A stretch of 64,000 bases of DNA, taken from assembly GCF_026571515.1 (NCBI RefSeq), contig NW_026864423.1:1-64000 (forward strand). The letters are read 5' to 3'. The DNA is from Ruditapes philippinarum (Eukaryota). Below, in pieces: positions 63,596 to 64,000 of this stretch; within the stretch, counting starts at the first letter, position 1, and every line of letters starts with the position of its first letter. A program made the position numbers and the translations under genes. The notes under the pieces are model-generated. The model did no database searches. It had not been told where the DNA came from and saw only the letters and a list, made by a program, of their open reading frames with translations.

Positions 63596-64000
63596 ATAGC
63601 TGTTCAGGGAGACAAAAATGTAACTATGTCCAAACGGAACACCGTAATCGGTTGATATTGAATGATACAATATCGTGACTCGTTTCGCATCACGCCGAAA
63701 TCTCGCGTCTAGCGAAATGTCGCGTCTCTTTCGTCGACGCCAGACAAGAAATTGATTATAGGTCATATACCGCTAAGTAGTATTCCCTTTATAGTCTACA
63801 TAAAATCACTTAAAGGCCAGTTATGCCAGAGAAATGCTTTTATTTGTATTCTTAAAGCTTTTTTGCTTTTGGTATACTTTTATAGCTCCAAAAAGTTACT
63901 CATTGGCTAATTACTAGTACCTGAAGCATTTTTTCATCTGCTGCTTTTTTGCAGTTTGTACAGTTGAAGTGAATTTAGAATGTCAAAATACTACTTTGTT

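Overview
AT-rich, intron-containing animal DNA; the repeat landscape suggests a mollusc, probably a bivalve (inference). (1) Three tandem minus-strand paralogues encode a small Shisa-like protein: signal peptide, Cys-rich ectodomain, one TM helix and a poly-Cys stretch. Copies 2 and 3 lie in a ~12-13 kb segmental duplication, stop right after the poly-Cys stretch (tail-less) and differ mainly in one ectodomain loop. (2) A full-length BEL/Pao LTR retrotransposon (24269-30303) has apparently identical 182-bp LTRs and a 5-bp TSD. (3) A complete but decayed 17.2-kb Polinton/Maverick endogenous virus (46133-63340) has TIRs and a 6-bp TSD. It carries pPolB, integrase, packaging ATPase, major and minor capsid and adenain-type protease genes, plus an unusual accessory set: a TBP-like protein, a tandem-PC4 protein and a BIR/IAP protein. 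Its integrase is split by an L1/Tx1 insertion. (4) Many MITEs, SINEs, LINE remnants and satellites fill the rest. All calls were made by eye from sequence and motifs; no database searches were run.
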